NCBI GenBank assembly: GCA_050251015.1
Contig: JBFWNO010000001.1
Span: 15,860-79,859, forward strand
From: Planctomycetota bacterium
Lineage (GTDB): Bacteria; Planctomycetota; JBFWNO01
Length of the DNA: 64,000 nucleotides
Direction of reading: 5' to 3'
Both the position numbers and the translations under genes were made by a program. Of the stretch, positions 55,752-64,000 are shown one piece after another; within the stretch, counting starts at the first letter, position 1; each line of letters starts with the position of its first letter. The notes under the pieces were generated by a model. It worked only from the letters and a program-made list of their open reading frames with translations. It was not told the DNA's origin and ran no database searches.

Positions 55752-58574
55752 CTATTTTTTCGCCAAAACAGCCTTGAGGTGGGGGGCTGTTCTGCTGTCC
55801 TTGGAGCGGGCGACCTCCTCGGGGGTTCCCTCAGCGACGATCAGGCCCCCCTCAGCGCCTCCGCCCGGACCCAAATCCACCACCCAGTCGGCACATTTGA
55901 CCACATCCAGGTTGTGTTCGATCACCACCACCGTGTTGCCCTGGTTGGCCAGCCTCTGGAGCACCACCAGCAATTTCCTGACATCGTCAAAATGCAGGCC
56001 GGTGGTTGGCTCGTCGAGCAAATAAAGGGTGCGTCCCGTGTCGCGCTTGGACAGTTCGCGTGAGAGTTTCACCCGTTGGGCCTCGCCTCCTGAGAGGGTG
56101 GTGGAGCTCTGCCCCAGCTTGAGGTAATCCAGGCCGACCTCGGCCAGGGTGTCGAGCTTGCGGGCGATCAGGGGATGGGGCCCGAACACTTCACGGGCCT
56201 CCGCCACGGTGAGATCCAGCACCTCGGCGATGTTGCGGCCCTTGTACCGCACCCGCAGGGTGGCCTCGTTGAAACGTTTTCCCTGGCACTCCTCGCAGAC
56301 CACGTAGACATCAGCCAGGAAGTGCATCTCCACCGTGCGCACACCGTCGCCCTGGCAGGCCTCGCAACGCCCTCCCTTGACATTAAAGCTGAAGCGGCCG
56401 GGGGCGTACCCCGCCACCTTGCTCTGCGGGAGCTGGCTGAAGAGGTCGCGGATGGGGTCGAAGAGCTTCACGTAGGTCGCCGGATTGCTGCGCGGCGTGC
56501 GCCCGATGGGGCTTTGGTCGATGCGGATCACCTTGTCGAGATTCTTGACGCCTTTGAGGGCGCGGAAGGCTCCGGGCGCCTCGGTTTCCTCCTGGAACTC
56601 CCGGGCCAAGGCCGGAGCCAGGATGTCGTTGATCAGCGTGCTCTTGCCCGCGCCGCTCACTCCCGTCACGGCCACCAAGGCCCCGAGGGGGATCCTGAGA
56701 TCCACGTTCCGGAGGTTGTTCGCCCGCGCGCCCAAGAGTTCGAGGAACTGGCCGTTGCCCTTCCGGCGGGGTGAGGGCACGGCAATCGTCTCCCGGCCCG
56801 ACAGGTAGGCACCGGTGAGGCTCCTGGGTTCCTTGAGACATCCCTCGGGCGGACCGGCGTACACGATCTCGCCGCCTCGCACGCCTGCCCCGGGGCCGAA
56901 ATCCACCAGGAAATCTGCAGCCCGGATGGTCTCCTCATCATGTTCCACCACCACCACGGTGTTGCCGATATCGCGCAGATGCTGGAGGGATGCGATCAGG
57001 CGCGTGTTGTCGCGGGGGTGCAGGCCGATGCTGGGTTCGTCGAGAACGTAGATGACCCCTGTAAGCTCGCTGCCGACCTGGCTGGCCAGGCGGATCCGCT
57101 GACCTTCGCCGCCCGAGAGTGTGGGGCCCGGCCTGTCGAGCGAAAGATAATCGAGACCGACGTCGACGAGGAACTTGATCCGCGAACGGATCTCCTTGAG
57201 AAGCTCGCCCGAGATCTTCCGTGCCGCCCCCGACAGGGGAAGCTCCCCGAGCCGGCGATGGGCCTCGCCCAGCGTCATCGAGGCGATCTCCAGGAGTGTC
57301 AGCCCCCCCACCCTCACATGGGCCGACTCGGTTCTGAGGCGCGAACCCTTGCAACGATCGCAGGGACGCGGGGTGAGGAACTTCTCATACCAGGCCTTCA
57401 CCAGGTCGCTGTCGGCCTCCATGTATTTTCTCTGCATCTGCTTGAGCAGGCCCGGGTAGTGGAACTCGCGCCGGCGACGCCCCACCACCACGGCCCCCAG
57501 GCCCTTGCCATGGAGGATCAGGTCTTTCGTGGCCTCCGGCAGACTGACCCAGGGTGTGTCGAGATCGATGCTGTACTGCATCGCCAGAGCCCGCACAAAA
57601 CGGAAACCCCAGCCTGCGCCGGCCATCATGCGGCTGGCCCACGGAAGAATGGCACCCTGGCGGATCGACAATTGGGAGTCCCCTACCACCTTGGCGGCAT
57701 CCATCTCCATGTGATGGCCCAGTCCGTGGCAGTCGGGGCACATGCCCAAAGGCGAATTGAACGAAAAACTCTGGGGAGTCAGCTCGGGAAAACTCAGGCC
57801 GCAGGTGGCGCAGGCAAAATGCTCGCTGTAGAAGGTTTCGGCTCCGTCGATCACCTGCACCGACAGCTTCCCCGAACCGTATTTCAGGGCCGTCTCCACC
57901 GCCTCGTTGAGCCTGGCATTGTCGGAACCCGACACAAGGCGGTCGACCACCAGCTCGATGGAGTGCTTGTGGGTCTTCGCCAACTTGATGGAGCCGTCCA
58001 GATCGGCGACCACCCCGTTGATCCGGGCGCGGGCAAAGCCCTCATGCCGAAGGCTGTCGAGGATCTCGCGGTGCTCGCCCTTTTTCTCCTTCAGGATGGG
58101 AGCCAACACAAGATACTTTGTCCCGGACGGCATGGCCGCAATGCCTTGCGTGATTTGCTGGGCGCTCTGTCTCGACACCTCCCGACTGCAGGATGGGCAG
58201 TGCTGCACGCCAGCCCTGGCGAAGAGCACCCTCAGATAGTCATGGATCTCCGTGATGGTGCCCACTGTGGATCGTGGATTGCGGCTGGCCGTTTTCTGCT
58301 CGATGGAAATGGTGGGTGCCAAACCCTTGATCTGGTCGTACTTCGGCTTGTCGAGCTGGCCGAGGAATTGCCGCGCATAGGCGCTGAGCGATTCCACATA
58401 GCGTCGTTGCCCCTCGGCATACAGCGTGTCAAAGGCGAGGGAACTCTTGCCACTGCCCGACACACCTGTGAACACGGTCAACGCATTTTTCGGGAATTCC
58501 AAGGTCACTCCCTTGAGGTTGTGCTCGGAAGCCCCCGTGATCCGCACTGTTCCCGCGGCGACAGTTTTCTTCAT
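55752..58574 (-). CDS. uvrA: Excinuclease ABC subunit A
   Basis: 940 aa. Two ABC ATPase modules (GVSGSGKS twice), zinc fingers, and a UvrA-specific insertion. Confidence 0.9.
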   Translation of the reverse strand: MKKTVAAGTVRITGASEHNLKGVTLEFPKNALTVFTGVSGSGKSSLAFDTLYAEGQRRYVESLSAYARQFLGQLDKPKYDQIKGLAPTISIEQKTASRNPRSTVGTITEIHDYLRVLFARAGVQHCPSCSREVSRQSAQQITQGIAAMPSGTKYLVLAPILKEKKGEHREILDSLRHEGFARARINGVVADLDGSIKLAKTHKHSIELVVDRLVSGSDNARLNEAVETALKYGSGKLSVQVIDGAETFYSEHFACATCGLSFPELTPQSFSFNSPLGMCPDCHGLGHHMEMDAAKVVGDSQLSIRQGAILPWASRMMAGAGWGFRFVRALAMQYSIDLDTPWVSLPEATKDLILHGKGLGAVVVGRRRREFHYPGLLKQMQRKYMEADSDLVKAWYEKFLTPRPCDRCKGSRLRTESAHVRVGGLTLLEIASMTLGEAHRRLGELPLSGAARKISGELLKEIRSRIKFLVDVGLDYLSLDRPGPTLSGGEGQRIRLASQVGSELTGVIYVLDEPSIGLHPRDNTRLIASLQHLRDIGNTVVVVEHDEETIRAADFLVDFGPGAGVRGGEIVYAGPPEGCLKEPRSLTGAYLSGRETIAVPSPRRKGNGQFLELLGARANNLRNVDLRIPLGALVAVTGVSGAGKSTLINDILAPALAREFQEETEAPGAFRALKGVKNLDKVIRIDQSPIGRTPRSNPATYVKLFDPIRDLFSQLPQSKVAGYAPGRFSFNVKGGRCEACQGDGVRTVEMHFLADVYVVCEECQGKRFNEATLRVRYKGRNIAEVLDLTVAEAREVFGPHPLIARKLDTLAEVGLDYLKLGQSSTTLSGGEAQRVKLSRELSKRDTGRTLYLLDEPTTGLHFDDVRKLLVVLQRLANQGNTVVVIEHNLDVVKCADWVVDLGPGGGAEGGLIVAEGTPEEVARSKDSRTAPHLKAVLAKK

Positions 58575-58622
58575 GTCAACATTTTAGGCGGATTGAAGGT
58601 CTTTGGGGGACAATGCCATCAC

Positions 58623-59570
58623 ATGACCCTCCTGATTGTGGATGACTCGTCCGACAGTTTGGCTTTGTTGAGAGCCTATGTGGAACCCTTGATCCAGGAG
58701 ATCGTCGTTTGTTCTTCCGGCGAGGAGGCCCTGGACCTTCTCTCCAAGGGTCTGAAGCCGAACCTGATCCTCCTGGATTTGCAGATGCCGGGCATGAATG
58801 GGCTGGAGGTTTGTCGCCGCCTGAAGGAATCTGAGTCCTGGAGCATCATCCCCGTGCTGATGATCACGGGATCCAATGATGTCCGGGATGTCGAGTCGGC
58901 CTTCAAGGCCGGGGCTGCCGACTATGTCTGCAAACCCGTGCGGGAACTGGAACTCAAGGCCAGGGCCGGAGCCCTCCTCAGGCTCAAGCACGAGAGCGAC
59001 ATCCGCCAGGCCCGCGAAGAGGAACTCCTGAGAATCAAGTCGGAGCTTGAAAAGGCGAACGCAACCCTCAAGGAACTGAGTGTGTCTGATGGTCTTACGG
59101 GACTGGCCAATCGCCGGGCCTTCAACGAAAGGCTGGACCTGGAGTGGAACCGCTCCCTGCGTTCCGGAACCCCCCTCGGGCTCCTGATCTGCGACGTCGA
59201 CCATTTCAAGGCCTACAACGACGGATTGGGCCACCCCGCAGGCGATGCCTGTCTCAAGCGTGTGGCGGGTGGCCTAGCCTCGATGGTGCGCCCCATGGAT
59301 CTTGCCAGCCGCATTGGTGGCGAGGAGTTTGCCCTGATCCTGCCCCAGGCCGATCCCCAGCAGGTTCTTCAGGTGGGGCACCGCCTGTGCGCGGCCATCG
59401 AAAGCCTGAACATTCCCCATCCCAAGGAAGGCTGGGGCTACGTGACCGTGAGTGCAGGGTGTGCGTCTCAACAGGCCTCCCAAGGCCATCTTCCCCTCGA
59501 ATTGCTCAAGACCGCCGACGAGGCGCTGTACCGGGCCAAGGCTGCCGGCCGGCGGCGGGCCCTCGCATGA
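58623..59570 (+). CDS. Response regulator with GGDEF diguanylate cyclase domain
   Basis: REC domain (LLIVDDS ... [10 protein letters not shown]) plus GGDEF domain with the active-site motif GGEEF ([11 protein letters not shown]). Start at the internal Met of the track ORF. Confidence 0.8.
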   Translation: MTLLIVDDSSDSLALLRAYVEPLIQEIVVCSSGEEALDLLSKGLKPNLILLDLQMPGMNGLEVCRRLKESESWSIIPVLMITGSNDVRDVESAFKAGAADYVCKPVRELELKARAGALLRLKHESDIRQAREEELLRIKSELEKANATLKELSVSDGLTGLANRRAFNERLDLEWNRSLRSGTPLGLLICDVDHFKAYNDGLGHPAGDACLKRVAGGLASMVRPMDLASRIGGEEFALILPQADPQQVLQVGHRLCAAIESLNIPHPKEGWGYVTVSAGCASQQASQGHLPLELLKTADEALYRAKAAGRRRALA

Positions 59571-62062
59571 ACCCCGCGCGCCGCCAGAAGGCCCTGCGCT
59601 CCGCCATCATCGGAACGGGACTCACGTTGGTGATTTCTTATGCACTCTGGCGCACCGAAGATTCCCACATGAGAGCCCAAGCCCAGGCCCAATTCGACAC
59701 CCAAGTCGAGTTGGTGATCAATGATGCCACCCAGAAGGTGCAGAGCTACCTCAACCTGTTGGCGGCGGGGAAAAGTTTCTGGCTGTCCAGCGAGAAGGTC
59801 ACGCCATCGGAATGGCGGACCTTCATCGAAGGCGTGGATATCCGCGGGCGTTATCCGAGCATCCTGGGGATGGGCGTGATCCTCGCGGTCAACCAGGATG
59901 GGGTGACACGACACGCTTCCCTCTATGCCAAGGATTACCTGGAACACCCCATGTCTCCCCCTTTCGCCATCAAGCCGGCGGTGGATCATCATTCCACTCG
60001 CTACATCATCAGCATGATCGAGCCCCTTGAACGCAACCAGCAGGCCCTGGGCTACGACATCGGCAGTGAGTCCCTGCGGCGAGAGGCCGCCGAGCTGGCT
60101 GTCGCCTCCGGCCAGGCTTCAGCCACCGCCCCCATCATATTGGTGCAAGACAACGAACGTTCCCCGGGATTCCTCATCATGGATCCCATCCCGGGAACGG
60201 GCTTTATCTATTCACCATTCCGAGCCAAGGACCTCTTCAAGGACATCCTCCATCATCTGGGCATCAAGCAGAACATCCTGGATGTGGAGGTCTTCGATGG
60301 CCCGCCTTCCGAGGGACGCATCATCTATGACGACGATGGCACCCCTCATGCCAATGACAGCGGTTGGGACTCCAACTTCAGGCGCTCCGAGCAGGTCCAG
60401 TTTGCCGTGCGCCCGTGGACTCTTTACTTCACCACGCTCCAAGGTTACACGATGCCGGGCTGGTACCGCCCCTGGATCGCCCTCGGGGCAGGCCTCCTCA
60501 TCGGCCTGCTTGTCACCGGAACCACGGTACTCTTTGCCACCCGGCAGGAAGATGCTGAGGCGTTGGTGATTGAGAGAACGTCGGCCCTGCGCCAGAGCGA
60601 GGACAATTTAAGGGTTGCCAAGGAACAGGCCGAGGAGGCCACTCGTGCCAAAAGCCAATTCCTTGCAAACATGAGTCACGAGATCCGCACTCCTATGAAT
60701 GCCATTGTGGGCTTGTCATCCCTGCTGGCGGAGGCTCCCCTCCCCGAGGAACTGAAGAAGCAGGCTCGTGTGGTTCACCGCGCCGGGGAAAACCTTCTTG
60801 AGATCATCAACGACATTCTCGATTTGAGCCGTGTGGAATCGGGGGTACTGAAGCTTGAGATCAGGAATTTTTCACTACACGAGCTGATGGCGTCTGTAGC
60901 TGAAGTGATGGGATTCAGGGCCCGCGAACGTGGACTGGAGGTCGGCTGGATGGCGGCACCAGGGGTCCCCGAGTTTCTTGCGGGGGATCCCGTGCGTATC
61001 CGTCAAGTTCTTATGAATCTCGCGGGGAACGCCGTGAAGTTCACGGAAAAGGGCTCCGTGAAGATGCTCGTGTGCCCCGACCCCACCATATCGGGCAACT
61101 ACATCTTCAGTGTGACGGACACCGGCATCGGCATCCCGCCGGAGGCCGCCCGTAAGCTCTTCCAGCGTTTTTCCCAGGTGGATGCCTCGGCCACGCGGCG
61201 CCATGAGGGTTCTGGCCTGGGTCTGGCAATCTCGAGGGGACTTGTGGAGTTGATGGGCGGGAGCATCCGTGTGGAAAGTGAATCCGGCCGGGGCAGCACC
61301 TTCTTCTTCACCATTCCCCTGAAGCCAGGGGAACGTCCGGCCATGGTGGCGCAGGAAACCCTGACCCCACCCCGCCCCTTAAGGATTCTTCTCGTTGAAA
61401 ACAACGATGACAACCGCGCTTTGGTTGATGCCTATCTGGCCGGGCAGGGTCATACCCTGGAATTTGCCATCGATGGCCAGCAGGCTATCGAAAAGACTCT
61501 GGATAGTCGCTTCGATGTGGTGCTCATGGACGTGCAGATGCCGGTGATGGACGGACTCACCGCTACCCGCTGCATCCGGCAGGCTGAGATGGATGCGGGC
61601 CGCCCCCGCACGCCTATCGCAGCCCTCACCGCCCATGCGCTTGAGGCCGACCGGCGTCACAGTCTGGAGGCCGGTTGCGATCTGCACTTGGTCAAGCCCC
61701 TCACCCGCGAGGCCCTTTGGAAGGCGTTGACTGCCCTTTCAGGAGGACTGCCCACTCCTATCAAACCATCGATACAAAAACCTCTACCTCCTGCTGTGGC
61801 CGCCTTGGTGCCCCAATTTCTGGAAAATCGCCGCAAGGATGTTGTTCGGCTGAAGGAAGCCTTGAAATCAGGCGATTTCAAGACCATCTCGGGCATAGCG
61901 CACAACATCAAGGGATTGGGAACAGGATACGGATTTCCCGAGATGACGGATGCCGCCCTGGCGCTCGAGATCGAGGCCAATGCCGGGAACACGGAAGGCT
62001 GCCGCCTGCAGATTGAGGTGTTGAATAGAATCTTGGAGACCAACCCACGGAGCCGTTCTTGA
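59567..62062 (+). CDS. Hybrid sensor histidine kinase with periplasmic CHASE domain, REC domain and C-terminal Hpt domain
   Basis: TM segment, CHASE-like region, TM segment, then HisKA ([12 protein letters not shown]), HATPase, REC ([14 protein letters not shown]) and Hpt (AHNIKG). ATGA overlap with the upstream gene. Confidence 0.8.
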   Translation: MNPARRQKALRSAIIGTGLTLVISYALWRTEDSHMRAQAQAQFDTQVELVINDATQKVQSYLNLLAAGKSFWLSSEKVTPSEWRTFIEGVDIRGRYPSILGMGVILAVNQDGVTRHASLYAKDYLEHPMSPPFAIKPAVDHHSTRYIISMIEPLERNQQALGYDIGSESLRREAAELAVASGQASATAPIILVQDNERSPGFLIMDPIPGTGFIYSPFRAKDLFKDILHHLGIKQNILDVEVFDGPPSEGRIIYDDDGTPHANDSGWDSNFRRSEQVQFAVRPWTLYFTTLQGYTMPGWYRPWIALGAGLLIGLLVTGTTVLFATRQEDAEALVIERTSALRQSEDNLRVAKEQAEEATRAKSQFLANMSHEIRTPMNAIVGLSSLLAEAPLPEELKKQARVVHRAGENLLEIINDILDLSRVESGVLKLEIRNFSLHELMASVAEVMGFRARERGLEVGWMAAPGVPEFLAGDPVRIRQVLMNLAGNAVKFTEKGSVKMLVCPDPTISGNYIFSVTDTGIGIPPEAARKLFQRFSQVDASATRRHEGSGLGLAISRGLVELMGGSIRVESESGRGSTFFFTIPLKPGERPAMVAQETLTPPRPLRILLVENNDDNRALVDAYLAGQGHTLEFAIDGQQAIEKTLDSRFDVVLMDVQMPVMDGLTATRCIRQAEMDAGRPRTPIAALTAHALEADRRHSLEAGCDLHLVKPLTREALWKALTALSGGLPTPIKPSIQKPLPPAVAALVPQFLENRRKDVVRLKEALKSGDFKTISGIAHNIKGLGTGYGFPEMTDAALALEIEANAGNTEGCRLQIEVLNRILETNPRSRS

Positions 62063-63474
62063 ACACTCTCCCCCTGATCACCGCCGCCACGGGTCTTGTC
62101 GCCGGCTGGTTCCTTGGGCGTCGCCCCCTGCACCAGACCGCGAATCCCGCCCGATGGCTCGAGACCCACCACAGGGTAGCCCTGGAACTTTCACGGGAAG
62201 GTAATATCGAGAACACGCTCCCCGAAGTTCTCCGGGTGATCTGCGACAACCTAGGCTGGTCCCACGGCGGCTATTGGAAGGTCGATCCCCGTGAGACCTT
62301 GCTCAAATGCCCCTATGCCCACGCTGCTCCAGGATTCTCCAATGTCTTCAAGGATGATGCCCTCAAGCGCACCTTCGAACTGGGAGTCGGATTACCGGGC
62401 CGAGCCCTCAAATCAGGACTGTTGGAGCGTATTGAGGACGTCACCACCGATCCCAATTTCCCTCGCTACCTGCTGGCCCGGGATCTAGGCCTGCGCGGTG
62501 CCGTGGGTATCCCTGTGACGGCGGCGGGCAAGACTCTGGGGGTTCTTGAATTCATCGGCCCGGAACTGGAACCCCTCGACAGGGTGAAGGAATTCTTCTA
62601 CAAATCGATCGGGGAGCAGGTGGGTCAGTACCTCCTGCGCAAGGAAGCCGAGGAAGGACTTGTTGCCGGCGAACGCCGCTGGATGTTCGCGCTCGAGAGC
62701 TCGGGTGATGGTGTCTGGGACTGGAAATTGCCCACCGGTGACGTCTGGTTCTCGGACCAGTGGAAGAAGATGCTCGGGTTTGCACCCGATGAGGTGGCCC
62801 ATGAGCTCGACAGCTGGAAAAACCTCGTGCACCCCGACGACATCCATTGGGTGATCGAGGAGGTCCAAAAGCACATCCGGGGGGAAACGCCTCAGTACAT
62901 CACCACCCACCGGGTCCGTTGCAAGGACGGATCCTATAAATGGATCCTCGACAGGGGCAAGGTGGTGGAATGGACCCGCGATGGACAGCCCTTCCGCATG
63001 ATCGGCACCCATACCGACATCGACAACCCCATGATGGTTCCCCAGGCACCACCCCCCATCCTGCCAGACAAGCCGCCCGAGCCGGGCCGACACCTGAACG
63101 TGCTGGTGGTGGATGATGACGAGGATTCTCTCCGTCTTATCACCGTCTTCGTGGAACCCCTGGGAGCCAACGTCGAGACCGCCCGCAACGGGCAGGAAGC
63201 CTTCGACAAGGTGACGGCCGGAAGTTACGACCTTGTGCTCATGGATGTTCAGATGCCCGTGATGGACGGGCTCACCGCCACGCGCCGGATCCGCGAACAT
63301 GAAAGCCGGCACAAGCTGGCTCCTGTTCCCATCGTGGCGGTGACAGCAAGGGCTTACATCAAGGACTACGAGGAATCGGTCACTGCTGGGTGCAACACGC
63401 ATGTGGCCAAACCCCTCCAGCGCGAATCATTCCAAAAGACACTCCGGCCCTTTTTCACCAGGGCACCCTCCTGA
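62059..63474 (+). CDS. GAF-PAS-REC multidomain response regulator
   Basis: GAF region, PAS region ([21 protein letters not shown]) and C-terminal REC domain ([13 protein letters not shown]). TTG start overlaps the upstream stop (TTGA). Confidence 0.7.
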   Translation: MNTLPLITAATGLVAGWFLGRRPLHQTANPARWLETHHRVALELSREGNIENTLPEVLRVICDNLGWSHGGYWKVDPRETLLKCPYAHAAPGFSNVFKDDALKRTFELGVGLPGRALKSGLLERIEDVTTDPNFPRYLLARDLGLRGAVGIPVTAAGKTLGVLEFIGPELEPLDRVKEFFYKSIGEQVGQYLLRKEAEEGLVAGERRWMFALESSGDGVWDWKLPTGDVWFSDQWKKMLGFAPDEVAHELDSWKNLVHPDDIHWVIEEVQKHIRGETPQYITTHRVRCKDGSYKWILDRGKVVEWTRDGQPFRMIGTHTDIDNPMMVPQAPPPILPDKPPEPGRHLNVLVVDDDEDSLRLITVFVEPLGANVETARNGQEAFDKVTAGSYDLVLMDVQMPVMDGLTATRRIREHESRHKLAPVPIVAVTARAYIKDYEESVTAGCNTHVAKPLQRESFQKTLRPFFTRAPS

Positions 63475-63500
63475 AATCACCGAAATCCATAGTCTTTTGC

Positions 63501-64000
63501 TTGGCCATCGCCCTGGGGTACATCATCCTGGGCTTGCTGGGCCGGTGGACCGCCGTACCCCCGGGCTTTTCCAGCCCCTTGTGGCCTGCGGCGGGTTGGG
63601 CCTTGGTGGCCGCTTTGAAATGGGGCCCCTGGGCTCTGCCCGGGGTGTGGTTGGGCCATGCCAGCATCAACGCCCTCATCACTCTAGACCTGGGTATCCC
63701 AGTAGACCCCTTCAACTGCCTCCTGTTCTCAGCCTTGATGGGCTGCGGCGGAGTCTTTTCAGCCGGAGGCGCATCGCTGCTTCTCAGGAAGTTGGATCTC
63801 TGGCCCAATCCCCTGCACGACTTCGGCAAGATCCTGCCCTTCCTGTTCATTGCCGGTCCTCTGGGGTGCCTGCTTTCTGCAACGTGGGGTGTAGGTCTTC
63901 TTTCCATCCGCGGGATCATCGCCAGCCCCGACATCCAATGGAATTTCACCACGTGGTGGGTGGGCGATTCCCTAGGCGTGCTGTGCCTGGCACCACCGCT
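63501..64000 (+). CDS. MASE1-type membrane sensor domain protein; 3' end runs off the window
   Basis: Open frame encoding polytopic membrane helices with a MASE1-like SSPLWPAAGWALVAAL motif. Start (TTG 63501) is uncertain. Not in the ORF track because no stop occurs before the window end. Confidence 0.45.
   Translation, partial: MAIALGYIILGLLGRWTAVPPGFSSPLWPAAGWALVAALKWGPWALPGVWLGHASINALITLDLGIPVDPFNCLLFSALMGCGGVFSAGGASLLLRKLDLWPNPLHDFGKILPFLFIAGPLGCLLSATWGVGLLSIRGIIASPDIQWNFTTWWVGDSLGVLCLAPP

Noticed and set aside
63455-63952. 165-aa minus-strand ORF at the window end
   Set aside because: Antisense to a plus-strand frame that encodes a coherent MASE1-like polytopic membrane domain. The plus-strand gene is missing from the ORF track only because it has no stop before the window end.
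1-64000. CRISPR arrays, rRNA genes, IS elements/transposases, integrases
   Set aside because: No regularly spaced direct repeats, no rRNA-like conserved stretches, and no transposase or integrase-like ORFs were found. The only mobile-element-like structure is the inverted-repeat-bounded island at 45128-46202.

Overview
This is a high-GC (~65%) bacterial chromosomal segment. It is densely coded, and many adjacent genes have overlapping stop/start codons (ATGA or TGATG). All gene calls below rest on reading the translated ORFs; no searches were run.

Gene content, left to right:
- 1-7.5 kb: a nucleotide-sugar modification cluster (SAM methyltransferases, a DegT-type aminotransferase, a Gfo/Idh/MocA oxidoreductase, a CMP-sugar-type cytidylyltransferase and a GT-B-like protein).
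- 7.6-14.1 kb: a complete his operon, hisG-C-B-H-F-(hisA/hisIE fusion)-D, preceded by a candidate His-rich leader peptide and attenuator.
- 14.1-22.7 kb, minus strand: an EamA transporter, an O-antigen-ligase (Wzy_C) protein with a TPR tail, and a 1733-aa surface protein with PKD repeats and a Tyr/Ser/Thr-rich region. The three are linked by overlapping stop/start codons.
- 22.7-26 kb: hemL, a hypothetical membrane protein and purB.
- 26-34.2 kb: a type IV pilus/regulatory block (pilD, an OmpA-like lipoprotein, pilT, a lipoprotein, pilC, pilS, pilR) followed by a phytoene/squalene-synthase-like gene.
- 34.2-34.7 kb: two paralogous ~65-aa ORFs with a conserved TAAAAT promoter box.
- 34.7-45.1 kb: cysS, cutA, an alkA-like glycosylase, pyruvate carboxylase, an orphan sdhB-like Fe-S subunit, tRNA-Thr(CGU), a secreted-protein ORF interrupted by an in-frame TGA, yqeY, a thioesterase and pyrE.
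- 45.1-46.2 kb: a ~1.1 kb AT-rich single-ORF island flanked by nested inverted repeats.
- 46.2-58.6 kb: comF, degP/htrA, lpxK (no canonical start codon in frame), hldE, purF, cstA, a secreted protein and uvrA.
- 58.6-64 kb: a signalling cluster (REC-GGDEF regulator, CHASE hybrid histidine kinase, GAF-PAS-REC regulator, partial MASE1 sensor).

No CRISPR array, rRNA gene or recognisable transposase was seen.

The main hunting leads are:
- the transporter/ligase/giant-surface-protein module, as a candidate dedicated O-glycosylation system;
- the inverted-repeat-bounded AT-rich cassette;
- the tandem small-ORF pair with leaderless-type promoters;
- the in-frame TGA in a secreted protein;
- the his leader and the triple-domain his fusion.
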